Assembly (NCBI RefSeq): GCF_001194135.2
Contig: NC_068985.1
Coordinates: forward strand, 650,916 to 705,996
From: Octopus bimaculoides
Lineage: Eukaryota
Length of the DNA stretch: 55,081 nt
Direction: 5' to 3'
Shown piece by piece: positions 25,531-37,575 of the stretch (the first letter of the stretch is position 1; each line of letters begins with the position of its first letter). Under the pieces are notes generated by a model. It made no database searches. It saw nothing but the letters and a program-made list of their open reading frames with translations, and was not told the DNA's origin. A program made the translations under genes and the position numbers.

Positions 25531-26269
25531 CTTGCAAGCCAGGAAAGAATAAATAAAAACAAAAAAGAAAAAAGAAAAAAGGAGGAAAGTCCCTCTTGAC
25601 TAAGTGGTGGAGGGGGAAGTATTTGAGTAGGAAAGGGAGGTGGTTTTACACCAGAGATAAGCAGAGATATAAGGGTGGTTGGGAGTATCTGGGAAAAAAG
25701 TTAAGCTGGTAGTGTTGGAGGGTGCCACAGATATTCTCAAAGAGTCAGAGATGATGAGGGCAGTGGAACAGGTGTAGGGAAGGCAGTCATTTGAGTGTGA
25801 GCGAAAAGTAAGAGATGGTTAGAGATGGAGTGAGAAGTGAATGAAGTGGAAGATGAAGAGGAGTGGAGGTGTAGCTTGATTGGAAATAGCAGTATGATGG
25901 GTGGGTAAGGTGAAAGAGATAGGGGTAGTTCAGGGATGATTGTTCAGTAGAGACTGATGAGTAAGATGTAGGAGCAGTGAGGAGGGTGAGGTAGAGGTAC
26001 ATAAGGAGCAGCTGTAGTGAGTGGATGTGGTGGCAAACATGGGCAGGAACTGGCAAGGCTAGGAAATATGTGAGGTGTTAAGATGAAGACATGAGGCAGA
26101 GGAGAAGGAAGAGGGTTGGATAGCTGAAGGAACGACAAGGATAGAAGTGGAAGAAAGGCAGTAAGTGGTAGCATAAAGAGTTAGGAAGTGTTATATGTGC
26201 CATCCATGAAGGATTGGAGATGAGATGTGGGGAATGCTTGAAGGGGAAGTATGAGGGACAGAGGCCAGC

Positions 26270-26730
26270 ATGTACAAGCAGAGCGAAGAAGATGTTTTTA
26301 AGTCCCCCGATTTACTGAGATGGTCTTCTGAAGCCCAGCAAGTTGCACCTCACCTCAGTCCTTTGTCATCTTCTCTGATGATGCTCAACATCTTGAAATC
26401 AACCTTCACTTCTTTGCCCTATGTCTTTCTGGATCTCCCTCTTTCACAAGTTTATTTTAATTTAAGGGATTAGGACCTCTTATTGCAGCTTTACTCATCC
26501 ATGCACATCATGAGACCAAACCATCACTGTCTCCCCTCTTACACACTGCATCTGATTTCTCTTGTACCTAAATCTTTTCTCTCTACATTCACAGACATTG
26601 CATATCCAATGGAACAAACTAGCTTCATTCCTCTCTAGTCCTTGCATGCCCTCTCCATTCAGGGCCCATGTTTCACTATCATGTAGCATTGCTGTTCATA
26701 CCAAAGCATCATATAATTTTACTTTCACTC

Positions 26731-26806
<76 letters not shown>

Positions 26807-27130
26807 TTCCTTGTTAACAGAAGTAGCAACTCTCTAAACTTTCTCCATCTTATTCGTATTCTTTTAACTATACTTTCAGAACATCCTCCACCATTGCTAA
26901 TTAGGTCACCTGAGCAACAGAAATTATCTACTGCCTCTGGGGATCCTCCAGAGTATTTAAGAAAATCTATTTGTCATGTGTCTTTAGCGCTCATTACTCT
27001 TGACCATCCTCTAAATAGAAACACTATTTCTTTGTTAACCATCCTGCAATTTCATTGCATCTCATGTGTTCATAGCTTGCACTGGACACTGCATGAAATA
27101 ACTGCCTCCACCTGTTCTACATATCAAGCC
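26270..27130 (-). mobile_element. decayed RTE RT C-terminal fragment
   Basis: MLHDSETWALNGEGMQGLERNEASLFHWICNV (26495-26689), interrupted by (AG)n. Confidence 0.75.
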
Positions 27131-27609
27131 AGGGAGATACATCTATTTCCAGATAAGATTGGCCTGACTTTATCAGTAAGGGAGGGGATTATGTTGTTAT
27201 TGATTTTTAACCCCAGGAAGCCACGATCAAGTAGACTTCTGAACACAAACATTCTAAGTTATTTAAAACCACCATTATGAAAATGACTCTTGCGCTTTCA
27301 AGATGGTCGGCTATATGGGATCAAAGAACCAGAGATTAAGCTCTTTGTTAAATTAGAATATTTTGGAGTAACTTGTTTAGATGAACTGTTTGTAGCAGAA
27401 GAAGTAGGGGTTATGCAAAAAGTATAAGGGCCACAAAGAAAGTAAAATAAGAGAAATTGAGATATGAAATTGGGGCATAGACTAATTTAATCATGAAGTT
27501 ACTGTCCATTGTACGGTGCTTAATAAGGTGAGATAAAATTATTAAGAAATGGAATAAAAAGAGCTTCTCTCATGGATTGAAGTGGTTAGATAATGAGTTA
27601 GTAATAGCA

Positions 27610-27641
<32 letters not shown>

Positions 27642-28356
27642 GGTGCTGAAAGATGGGATATTGAGTTCTTAATGAATTACTGATTCAAGTGTGGTTGAAA
27701 TGACAGGAGCTGATTAATGAGAAAGTGATATTTGTTGGAATTAGAACTAGTAGTGGTGGTGGTGGTGGTGCTGAGCCAACAGGTGGTCTGTGTGGGGAAG
27801 AGGGTGACCGACAGAAAGATGGTGAATAAGTTTTGGAATAAAGTAGAGGATGAGGAGACAAGCCAGACAAAATGTGGAGACGAGTTTACAGATAAAATTG
27901 AAAAAATGAGTTGATATAATAACAGAATGTCTAATTTTGTGAAATGTCTGTTCCCAGATGGTAAATAATCTTATTTATTAATTAGCATAATTGGCAAACT
28001 ACTCATGTCTATAATGATTACACAAGAAAAAAAAAACAAAACAATGAAAATAAAAACAAAATAGAGCAAAAAAAAAAGAAAGAAAAAGGAAAAGACTTGA
28101 GTTACATTTTGATATGAAATAGAAAGAAGACATTATTACAATAATGAATTTAGAGTTTGTTGCTTATAAAACGTATTGTTGTAATATTGTTTTTGTTATG
28201 TATTAGATATAATATAAAACAAATAACAAACTCTGTTATTTTTTTATTACTGCTGCAGAAGTTGTTGCTGTTGATCATAGCAACGGTGGTTGTGATGTTG
28301 CTGCTGTTACTGGTGATGATGATGATGATGATGGCACTCTGTCGGCAAAAGGGATG

Positions 28357-28632
28357 AGCATTCTAGCAGACCTGACCAATGAAATTAACGTATGAGTGGC
28401 TGAGCACCCCACAGACACCCGTACCCTTAACGTAGTTTATGGGGAGATTCAGTGTGACACAGATTGTGGCAAGGCTGGCCCTTTGAATTACAGGCACAAC
28501 TCAATTTTGCCTGGACTGGAGCAATGTGAAATAGAGTGTCTGGCACAAGGACACAAAACACTGCCAGGGATTGAACCTATGACCTAACAATCATGAGCTG
28601 AATACTCTAAACACCAAGCCATGTGCCTTCAC
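28357..28632 (-). mobile_element. tRNA-derived SINE, third family
   Basis: Minus-strand head GTGAAGGCACATGGCTTGGTGTTTAGAG (A box) ... GGTTCAATCCC (B box), then TTTCACATTGCTCCAGTCC. Confidence 0.7.
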
Positions 28633-28952
28633 AGTGATGATGATGATGATGATGACTCACTGAAATGGTAATGGCGGTACTAGGGATGTGATTACGGAGA
28701 TCTTTCTACTGCTGCTGCTGCTGCTGCAGTTACTAATGATGATGAAGGGGGTGGTGGTGGTGGTGGTGGTGGTGGTGGTGACGACTGTGGGAATTAACTG
28801 TAGGCTACTTGGAGAGTTGCACCAGGCTCCATTTGACTGTTATGGCTTGGTTTCTATACATATATATATGTATGTGTATGTATATACATACATACATATA
28901 TATATATACACACACACATATATTTATGTTTGTATGTATGTATGTATGTATG

Positions 28953-29034
<82 letters not shown>

Positions 29035-29084
29035 TGTATATACACATATATATTTATCGTGATTGTGATCATGTGATCAACAAG

Positions 29085-29357
29085 ACTATCAGATGCTGTT
29101 ATACATCGTTGCCCACAATGTGCTCTGCATCATTTGAGCTTTCAAGCGATGCCTCCCCATCGGTTAGGTGAGCAGACCAAAGTTATCCATGACTGGGAGC
29201 CTGGCCTGTCACAGGCATTGACGGGTGAGTGGACTGGGGCAATGTGAAATGAAGGGTTTTGCTCAAGAAAGCAATTTGTTGCTTGGTCTGGAAATCGAAC
29301 CCATGATCTAGTAGTCATGAGTGCAATACTCAAACCACTGGGCCACACACCTTCACA
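29085..29357 (-). mobile_element. tRNA-derived SINE related to 28357-28632
   Basis: Head GTGAAGGTGTGTGGCCCAGTGGTTTGAG...GGGTTCGATTTCC, then TTTCACATTGCCCCAGTCCAC. Confidence 0.7.
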
Positions 29358-29362
29358 CACAG

Positions 29363-29410
<48 letters not shown>

Positions 29411-29487
29411 CTAAAGGAGTGTGTGTATAAGTGTTTGTCTTTTCCTTGTCCTAATCTTTGTCTGCTGATTAAAAACAAAGTCCTTAC

Positions 29488-29519
29488 TCCTCAGAGCCTT
29501 GTCGTTTGCTGACCGTCTC
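29488..29519 (-). other. candidate 32-bp exon
   Basis: Acceptor ttctttttttcttcttccctgttgtgttgcAG, donor GGA|gtaagg. CpG-retaining. Confidence 0.5.
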
Positions 29520-30259
29520 CTGCAACACAACAGGGAAGAAGAAAAAAAGAACCAAAACACAGCACCCATCGTACTGTTTGGTAGTTGAAAAGGTTGGGGA
29601 ACGTTACTATATTAGAAAGAGTTGAGACTTGGTGACAGGAGATATATGTGTGTATATATATGTGTGTATATATATGTGTGTTTGTGGATATGTGCAGATA
29701 TCATAAATGAAATCTCACACATACACCCACATCCATTCATGAACAAGTACACACACACATTGAAATACAAATATCACCAATTTCAGTGTTTCCTAATTGA
29801 TACTTTAATATTGTTGTTTTATTGAAGGAAATGCAAGTGGTATTAGCTGTGGGAAGTTTTGTGAAAATGTATCCCAGGGAGCGGAAGTGGAGGTGGGGAA
29901 AGGGAAGAAAAGAGAGAGAGAGAGAAAGGGAAGGAGAGAAAGAAAGTGACACACAGCATATAATCAACAGAATTGTTGTATTTGTGTTGTTGGTGCCAAG
30001 TAAATTGATGGAGTAAATCTAACTCTGCAAAATAAAGTGGTTTTTGTGAAGTTTCTCTGTTGAAGTATTGTTTTAAGTGGTTTGCTATTAAGTTGGTAAA
30101 AATAAAGTGGTGACGGTGGTGGGGACGGTGGCAGCAGTGGCGGTGGTGGTGGATTGGGTGGCTTGGTTGGTGGTGGCGACGGTGGTTGAGCTTCAAATGC
30201 AATGCCTTCTGGTATTTGTTTCAGTCCTGAGATTTTGGATGGTAGATGTAACCACTTAC

Positions 30260-30335
30260 GACCACCTGGCCTGTGCATATTAAGCTTCACTCTTTTTCAA
30301 GCATTCAGTGCAAGTTCTCTTCCTCGTTGGAATCT
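30260..30335 (-). other. candidate 76-bp exon with stops in all three frames
   Basis: Acceptor ctttatttatttcattcAG, donor GTC|gtaagt. Confidence 0.5.
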
Positions 30336-30809
30336 CTGAATGAAATAAATAAAGTAATGGATGATGTCCTTGACTTTTTCATTAAACAATGAAAAACAGG
30401 CTTCCATTATCCAACATCTTTTGTACAATGAAGGTAGTGTGTGATTCGACAGTAAGTTGGCAGCTATTTCTGACAAGTTGAATGGCTACATAGAGGTCCT
30501 TTGGTGGCTTGTTATTAATCTTGATACACTCAAAGCCTGACTGAAAACTTTGAGATCGATCCCGACACCTGAAAAATGCAACCACGAGACGCTCCTGCCT
30601 GGCAACAAAGGTGCCACCTCCTCTGAACAGAACAGGATTTCAGGGGCACAAACAAAAGAGAAACTATACAAGTTCAGGGGCAACTTATTGGCTTCAGTTC
30701 CAGAGTGTTCCGAGCATCAGTCTGATTGGCCGCAGCCAGACACACCGTGCTCTGTTTCTTCCTTGAGATGTCCTTGGTCATCATTGACAATGATGAGCCA
30801 AAAAATAAC

Positions 30810-31760
30810 GATAATAATAAGAATAATACTTTCTTTATTATCCACCAGGGCTGAACACAAAACATAAAGGATGATACACAGATGAGGGACAGGGTTAAAC
30901 ATGTAAAGAGCAAAACAAAAAAAAAAAAGACACAACAATTAACAAGGTTATTAAAACAACAATTTACTTCCCTAATAAAAAAAAAANNNNNNNNNNNNNN
31001 NNNNNNNNNNNNNNNNNNNNNNNNNNNNNNNNNNNNNNNNNNNNNNNNNNNNNNNNNNNNNNNNNNNNNNNNNNNNNNNNNNNNNNNNNNNNNNNNNNNN
31101 NNNNNNNNNNNNNNNNNNNNNNNNNNNNNNNNNNNTAACAAGGTTATTAAAACAACAATTTACTTCCCTAATAAAAAAAAAAGACAACAATTAACAAGGT
31201 TATTAAAACAACAATTTACTTCCCTAATAAAAAAAAAACACAACAATTAACAAGGTTATTAAAACAACAATTTACTTCCCTAATAAAAAAAAAAGACACA
31301 ACAATTAACAAGGTTATTAAAACAACAATTTACTTCCCTAATAAAAAAAAAACACAACAATTAACAAGGTTATCAAAACAACAATTTACTTCCCTAATAA
31401 AAAAAAAGACACAACAATTAACAAGGAGATTAAAACAACAATTTACTTCCCTAATAAAAAAAATGACACAACAATTAACAAGGTTATTAAAACAACAATT
31501 TACTTCCCTAATAGTGACCAAAGAAATCTCATATACTTTGGACCTCTAACACCAAAGGCAACTCAAGTAGACACCCCTCTCCTCCTCATTCCATCTGGCC
31601 TACAAGCGCACACTTAGAGTAGGCCCATTCATACAGGCCATTCTTGTCACATTTACCCACCTTTCAATAAACTTACTGGGTAACATCACCTCCCTCCCCA
31701 GCTTCATTTTCTCTCAATAGCAATGTTCCACCTTCAAATGAGAGCATGTATCCCTGCCCC
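30810..31760 (-). mobile_element. Tx1/L1-like LINE 3' end with tandemly amplified 3' UTR
   Basis: Minus-strand C-terminus KLGREVMLPSKFIERWVNVTRMACMNGPTLSVRL*; UTR ends GGATAATAAAGAAAG(TATTAT)n. Family call is from recollection. Confidence 0.5.
30929..31512. repeat. ~57-bp tandem array with variable poly-A (8 visible copies, interrupted by N gap 30987-31135)
   Basis: Unit (GA)CACAACAATTAACAAGGTTATTAAAACAACAATTTACTTCCCTAAT(A)n. Confidence 0.95.
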
Positions 31761-32459
31761 ATAAAATTCTGTTGACTGTTCTTTGAGCCACTTCTTCACT
31801 ACAGTTTTCACTTCCTCGTCACTGGAATAATGTTTACTTCTCAAACCCTCTTTCGTGGTGTCAAAGTTATGATAGTCCAGTGACAAGGAAGTAAAAACTA
31901 TGTGTGCATGTGTATGCTTCTAATCAAGTGCCTTTAAATGTTTTACCTAACTTGTGTAATTTGATAATCCTCCTGATGATGTCTTCAGCTAACTGGATCC
32001 TAATCCACCAACGGAAGGTATGTCAGAAGAAAGTAATTCAACAACGTGGGTTGATGAACCGTAACACGTGTGGCCAGAACCTCCTGGAAAATAACCATAG
32101 CGAGGGACATTCCACAGTTGAATTAGAACAGTCACAAACAGTGAAAGAAGACATGCACCCAACACCAGAGCTGAAGACACCTCTGAAAGGAGGGCCCCCA
32201 CCACGTCAAAACGGTAGAGGAGTAGGGGCTGAAACCGGACGTGGTTCCTCCTGATGATGTCTTGAGCTAACTGGATCCTATAAAGGAGCTGTTGTGGTAG
32301 CAGGCCACGAAACATGGTTGAAATTCCCCAACAAATCTTATTCCTGCTTAACCTCTTCCTCCTTATGCTTCCCTCTACCTTTACAATGATTTGAACCCAA
32401 TTGCTTCTGCCTCTCACAGCTTTGCTCCACTTAAAGAAATGTTAATTACGAAACAGACT

Positions 32460-33004
32460 AATCAGCTTCTAAATGATGGTGTTATGGGCCCCCTGTCTCT
32501 CCATAATGGTTACAGGTTGTAATAGCAGAAAACAGTGGCAAACAGCAACTTGTTATCAACTACTCACAAATGATAATTCTCTACTGCTTTCCAACTGAAT
32601 TTCCATCTCCTGATATGAAATATCTTGCATGTTTTATTTCTTATAATTCATTCTGCAGTGAAGTGGATCTGATACATCCCTGGCAAAGATAACGCTCTTA
32701 CTGATTCACTTTGCAGATGCACCTCCAGAAAATACTCTCCTGGAAGCAGAGATTTACAGATGTTTTTCGTATTATTCTGAGATTCAATACTTGAGGAAGA
32801 GGAAAAACTTGATGACTACAACATTTAGACATTATACTGTGAAAGATTCCAAACAAATCTTCTCACAACAAGAGGCACAAGTAAGATGTGGGCTATCACA
32901 TGATCTCACTCACCAAGTACAGAACACATGGAGTAGCAGCATTCATAGCCCTAATGCCAAGATGATCACAGCCTACCACATGGAATTAACAAAAGAACAA
33001 ATGG

Positions 33005-33005
<1 letters not shown>
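32460..33005 (+). mobile_element. Gypsy LTR retrotransposon pol relic (RNase H end and linker)
   Basis: INYSQM (compare YSQ.EKE), KWI*YIPGKDNALTDSLCR (compare Y.PGK.N..AD.LSR), then QVQNTW...AYHMELT. Confidence 0.65.
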
Positions 33006-33035
<30 letters not shown>

Positions 33036-33789
33036 TTATAGCAGTCTTCTGCTGGATACATTCCTCTTCAGGCCTTTTCTTGCTCATTACCATTCTTGTC
33101 CAAACGTGTCTTGTACTTTTCCTCATCTCTTTCCGGTATACTTCAATAACAAATCTCAATTTCTTTTTCTGTCTACCCCTCCTTCCCAATCCATCTTGAG
33201 ATGTCCCTTCTGAGATTTTTTTCCCCCTCTATTCCAGATAAATAATCTGCCTTTCTCTGCTGTGTTTTTGCTATTTCCTCAAATCTATCTTTATCCTCTG
33301 TCTCTCTTAACTCTTCACACAATTCTCTCTTTCAATTCAACCCTCCAGCTTCCTCCTTTCCATAGCATATTGCATTATTTTTGCTTCCTCTTTCGTCCAT
33401 CAGCTTGCCTTCTGTGTTCAGTTTTCGTATACCTCTGGTTGGCAGCAAACATTCTTTGCTAGAAAACTTTCCTTCTTATCGATAGACGTAATTTTTTGCT
33501 GCAAAAGAGAAACAGAAAGCAACAGAAAGCACTCTTCTTTGCATCCTGGCAAAAGCCTTTAAGCATATATCTTGAGGTGTGTAGTGGGGGTTTGCTGGGA
33601 GCTGGGTCGTTTGGTCTGGCTGTGTGCCACTTCCAAATAAGGCCAATCACAATGTTTAGATTTTACTTACATGTTTATTTACAGATTGATGTTACAATTT
33701 TTATTTGGCAAAATACTGCTATGCTGAACACCAGCAGCCAACATGTGAGATTAACAAGAGGAGAAAATGCTATGTCTTGATGCTTGGTG

Positions 33790-35250
33790 AGAGATGGTCT
33801 TCTTAGATGAGGCTGAGGTGGCATAGCCTCTTGTGGAGGCTTTCTTGGATAATCAAGGAAGCCTCTAACCTGTTCACCTTGATTTATAACCATGATATGG
33901 TATGAAACTGCATGGAATTTTCCTTTACACTTTATACCACACTAATGAGCCAGAACAACAACTGACTGAAATATGGGCCAATATCACCTGATAAGAATAC
34001 TCGTTGCTAAACATGGAAATTGATATGCTGTGGTCTTTTCTAGTTATTAAACTGATAGGGTTTTCAAATGTCGAGGACTGCTATAGATATCATATATGTT
34101 TTTCTTCAATATTTTGGCCATCCTGACTACTTCATGGGTTAAGCACTGCATGATGGTATGTCAAATTATGTTTTTCATCATAACACCTTCCTGAACAATT
34201 TCCAATTATTAGTGGATTGAACCAGAGTTGCAATCCTGCACCTCTTCTTATACTTGGCTGTGAAACCTTTTCTCCCTCAGACAATCCAGTTTTTGATATC
34301 AGATACCATTATGATGGTGGATTATTTAACAATTGCCAGTTTTCCATGTCATCACCTTACCAACATCCAATATATCTCAGAGTTTCTATATAAATGGATG
34401 GTAAAGCTATTCTTTGTCTGACACCTATTGAAAAATCTGGAAATCAATCAACAACTTCATCAGTGCATATCATTCCTTCAGCCTCTCAGTGAATATCAAG
34501 AAGACCAAAATCTTTGCTTAACTTCTCTAAAGACCAGTCTCCCTGACTTCAACATCCCCATCTCTGATTCACTCTTTACCATGTTGATTGCTTTCCCCCA
34601 TCTTAAAAGTCTTCTTTCCAACAAATGCAATTCTGAAAATGATTTGGAGAATAGAATTGGATGGGCTCATTCAATATTAGAAAATCTGGCAAAATATGTC
34701 TAAGAGAAAAAAAAAATATAATCCCCTCCATCACCCAAATGAAAACTGATGGCTATATTATTATAGTACAGTGAAGCACGGACAATTTCTCATTGGAACA
34801 TCAAAATACAAGAACATTGAGTGAGCTGCATCAGTAACAATGCTGTTCAAGAGAAAGCCAGCAGTCCAAACATTGGAATGACAACCATGAAACATTGACT
34901 CTGATCGTCAGCAAATAGGTTTGACAGAGACAAGGGAGATTACTCGGTCAAATTTCCTTCCTTAGTTAATCAAGAACAGCTAAAGTCAATCCAGGAAAGG
35001 AATGGAAATGAGGTGATTAAAAGTGAAGGAAATTGAAGCCAAGAATTATTCCAAGTTGTGTCCCTCTATCACTACTGGGATCAACATTTCTGAAGTGAAA
35101 GAAAAAAAGAAAAGTTGAAGAAAGACATGAATTCAAGCCTCAAATAATAACAGCCACAGACTGTATCAAGTCTTTCTTGCTTTTTTTGTTGACGATTTCA
35201 TCTGAGGATTGGCCATCACAAAAAGACTGGAATTCTCTGGGCACAAGAAT
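33790..35250 (+). mobile_element. heavily decayed RTE LINE
   Basis: LSNKCNSENDLENRIGWAHSILENL (34428-34703) and a YSEARTI motif; ends near a GATGAT tail. Confidence 0.55.
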
Positions 35251-35266
35251 CAGCTGATGATGCTGA

Positions 35267-35311
<45 letters not shown>

Positions 35312-35647
35312 CATCACCTCGCTTTGCAACCAGTTGGATCCAGCCTTGATGTGCAGCTCCTTCAACAAGTTTCTCCTGTTATAGTTTTTGGTTGATTAAT
35401 GCCTCATGAGTGACGTTGGTAGATGGAAAATGTGTAAAGCCCAGTGAATATATATGCATATGCATGTGTGTGTCTGTATGTGTGTGTGCCTCTGTGTTTG
35501 TGCCTTTTCCTTTGCTGTAACTTTGCAGTTTGGCAAAAAGAAATCAATAAAATATATACTAAGCTAAAAACTAAGTGCCAGAGTAATTCTNNNNNNNNNN
35601 NNNNNNNNNNNNNNNNNNNNNNNNNNNNNNNNNNNNNNNNNNNNNNN

Positions 35648-35700
<53 letters not shown>

Positions 35701-36108
35701 GTCTATCCTTTTATTGGTTTAAAACATCTCCTTCACACAAACACACACATACATATACACACACACACATATATACATTCATGTATGGATGTATGTATGC
35801 ATATAAGTATAAACCTACATATTTAGAAATATAATCACATATTCCAATACTCATTGATTCGTTTATATTCTGAAAGAGACATGATGTAAATATACACTTT
35901 AATTTAAAATACATGAAAATATGCACTTATATATATATATATACATGCTTATAAACAGATGCACATACATATACATACATAATGTACAAATATACATGTT
36001 ACATATATAAATACAAATACACTCATATATATACATATTGTACATAATATCATGTAATATACATATATATACATATACATATATATATATATACACATAC
36101 ATACATAC

Positions 36109-36140
<32 letters not shown>

Positions 36141-36312
36141 TTATATGCTTATAGACACTATATAATACAATGTGTGTCTGCATGTGTGTGTGCGTGAGTG
36201 TGTATGTATGTGTTTATGTATGTATGTGTGTACGTGTGTGTGTATGCATGTGTGTGTGTGTGTGTATGCATGCGTGTGTGTGTGTATGCATGCGTGTGTG
36301 TGTGTGTATGCA
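35648..36312. repeat. compound (TA)/(CA)/(TG)/(TACA) microsatellite block
   Basis: Low-complexity alternating purine-pyrimidine tract. Similar blocks lie at 28858-29055 and 52770-53045. Confidence 0.9.
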
Positions 36313-36466
36313 TATAACTCCCTCACAAGAACTTCCCATTGCCATACATTATGTCAGTAACACATGTTTAAGTAATGCAATTGATCAAATTTTGAAAGTT
36401 ATGTTTCTATTTCCTGCAGTTTCTTGTAGCAGACATCTCTATGGAATGCTCTAGAAATTCACTTAC

Positions 36467-36503
36467 TCTATTTTTACTGACATCACTAAAACTTGTCGTT
36501 TCT
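36467..36503 (-). other. candidate 37-bp exon
   Basis: Acceptor ttcttttctttttttttgttattaAG, donor AGA|gtaagt. Reads ETTSFSDVSKNR or KRQVLVMSVKI. Confidence 0.55.
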
Positions 36504-36889
36504 CTTAATAACAAAAAAAAGAAAAGAAGAAGATGAATATTATTGCCATGACTTGATATTACATCAAGTGAGTTCACATCGTTTAATGTGAATTTCTGCA
36601 TTTCCTTTGACTTGTTAAACAGTATTGAATGAGTTAAGAATGGTATAAGTATGGGGTGGGGGTGTAAGGAAGAAGTTTGGAGTAAACTCAGAGTAAAAAG
36701 TATTTGCTGAACTCCTTCAGTTTGTGATAGGAATTAACTTTCTTCAGTTTTTCTACTGAAAGACATTGGGAAAGGCATGAATGCCATAAGTTTTATCCAT
36801 TAGTTAACTTACAATTAAATAAATTGTTAATGGTTACCTTTTATTGTCTGGTATTGTAAAGTGGGAAATATATTTATCAGAGCTCCTGT

Positions 36890-37575
36890 AGTAGAGGGGA
36901 AGGTTTGGTTGTGTGGTTAAGGGGCTCACATTGCAACCACTTGGTTTCAGGTTCAGTCCTACAGCATGGCACCTTGGCTATTATCTCCAACTACAGCTTT
37001 AAGCTGACCAATGACTGAGAGTGGATTTCGTAGATAGAAATTCTGTGGAAGCCCACTGTGTGTGTGTGTGTGAGTGAGTACGTGTGCACACTTGTGTGTG
37101 ACTGTGTGTGTGTGTGTGAATGTGTGCACACTTGTATGTGTGACTCTGTGTGTGACTCTGTGTGTGTGTGTGTGAGTATGTGTGCGCACTTGTGCATGTG
37201 ACTCTGTGTGTGTGTGCGTGCGTGACTATGTGTGTGCACTTGTGTGTGTGAGAGTGTGTGTGTGAGTGTGTATATGTGTGTGTATATGTATATGCATGAG
37301 TGTGTGTATGTTTGTGTGTATGTATGTATAGTTGCCTGTATGTGTATGCATATGTGCTTGTGTATGTCTGCTTTTCACTGCTTCACAACTGCTGTTGGTT
37401 TGTTAATGTCCCTCCTCATAAGTTAGGGGTTCCAGCAAAAGAGACCAATTGAATCAGTTCCAGACTTCAAAAAATTAAAAGATCTGGGATTGATTTGTTC
37501 ATTTGAATCCTTCAATTGAGTGCTCTAGCATGGCCATAGCCAAATGAGAGAAACAAGTAAAAAGATAAAAGATAT
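36890..37575 (+). mobile_element. near-full-length SINE with expanded internal TG-rich tract
   Basis: Head GGTTTGGTTGTGTGGTTAAG...GGTTCAGTCC, body, about 320 bp of TG tract, tail ending GAAACAAGTAAAAGATAAAAGAT. Confidence 0.8.

Noticed and set aside
25560-26260. 700-bp strongly purine-biased tract
   Set aside because: Looks like decayed retroelement-associated sequence; similar tracts occur next to other RTE UTRs, and no specific function can be supported.
28560-28632. tRNA-like sequences with A and B boxes
   Set aside because: SINE heads joined to repeat bodies; no complete cloverleaf recognisable.
29964-30290. Proline-rich 108-aa ORF
   Set aside because: The proline tract is a (GGT)n-type repeat lying beyond the candidate splice donor at 30259.
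31989-32417. 142-aa minus-strand ORF and overlapping 116-aa plus-strand ORF
   Set aside because: No recognisable domain or splice support; adjacent to the Gypsy relic.
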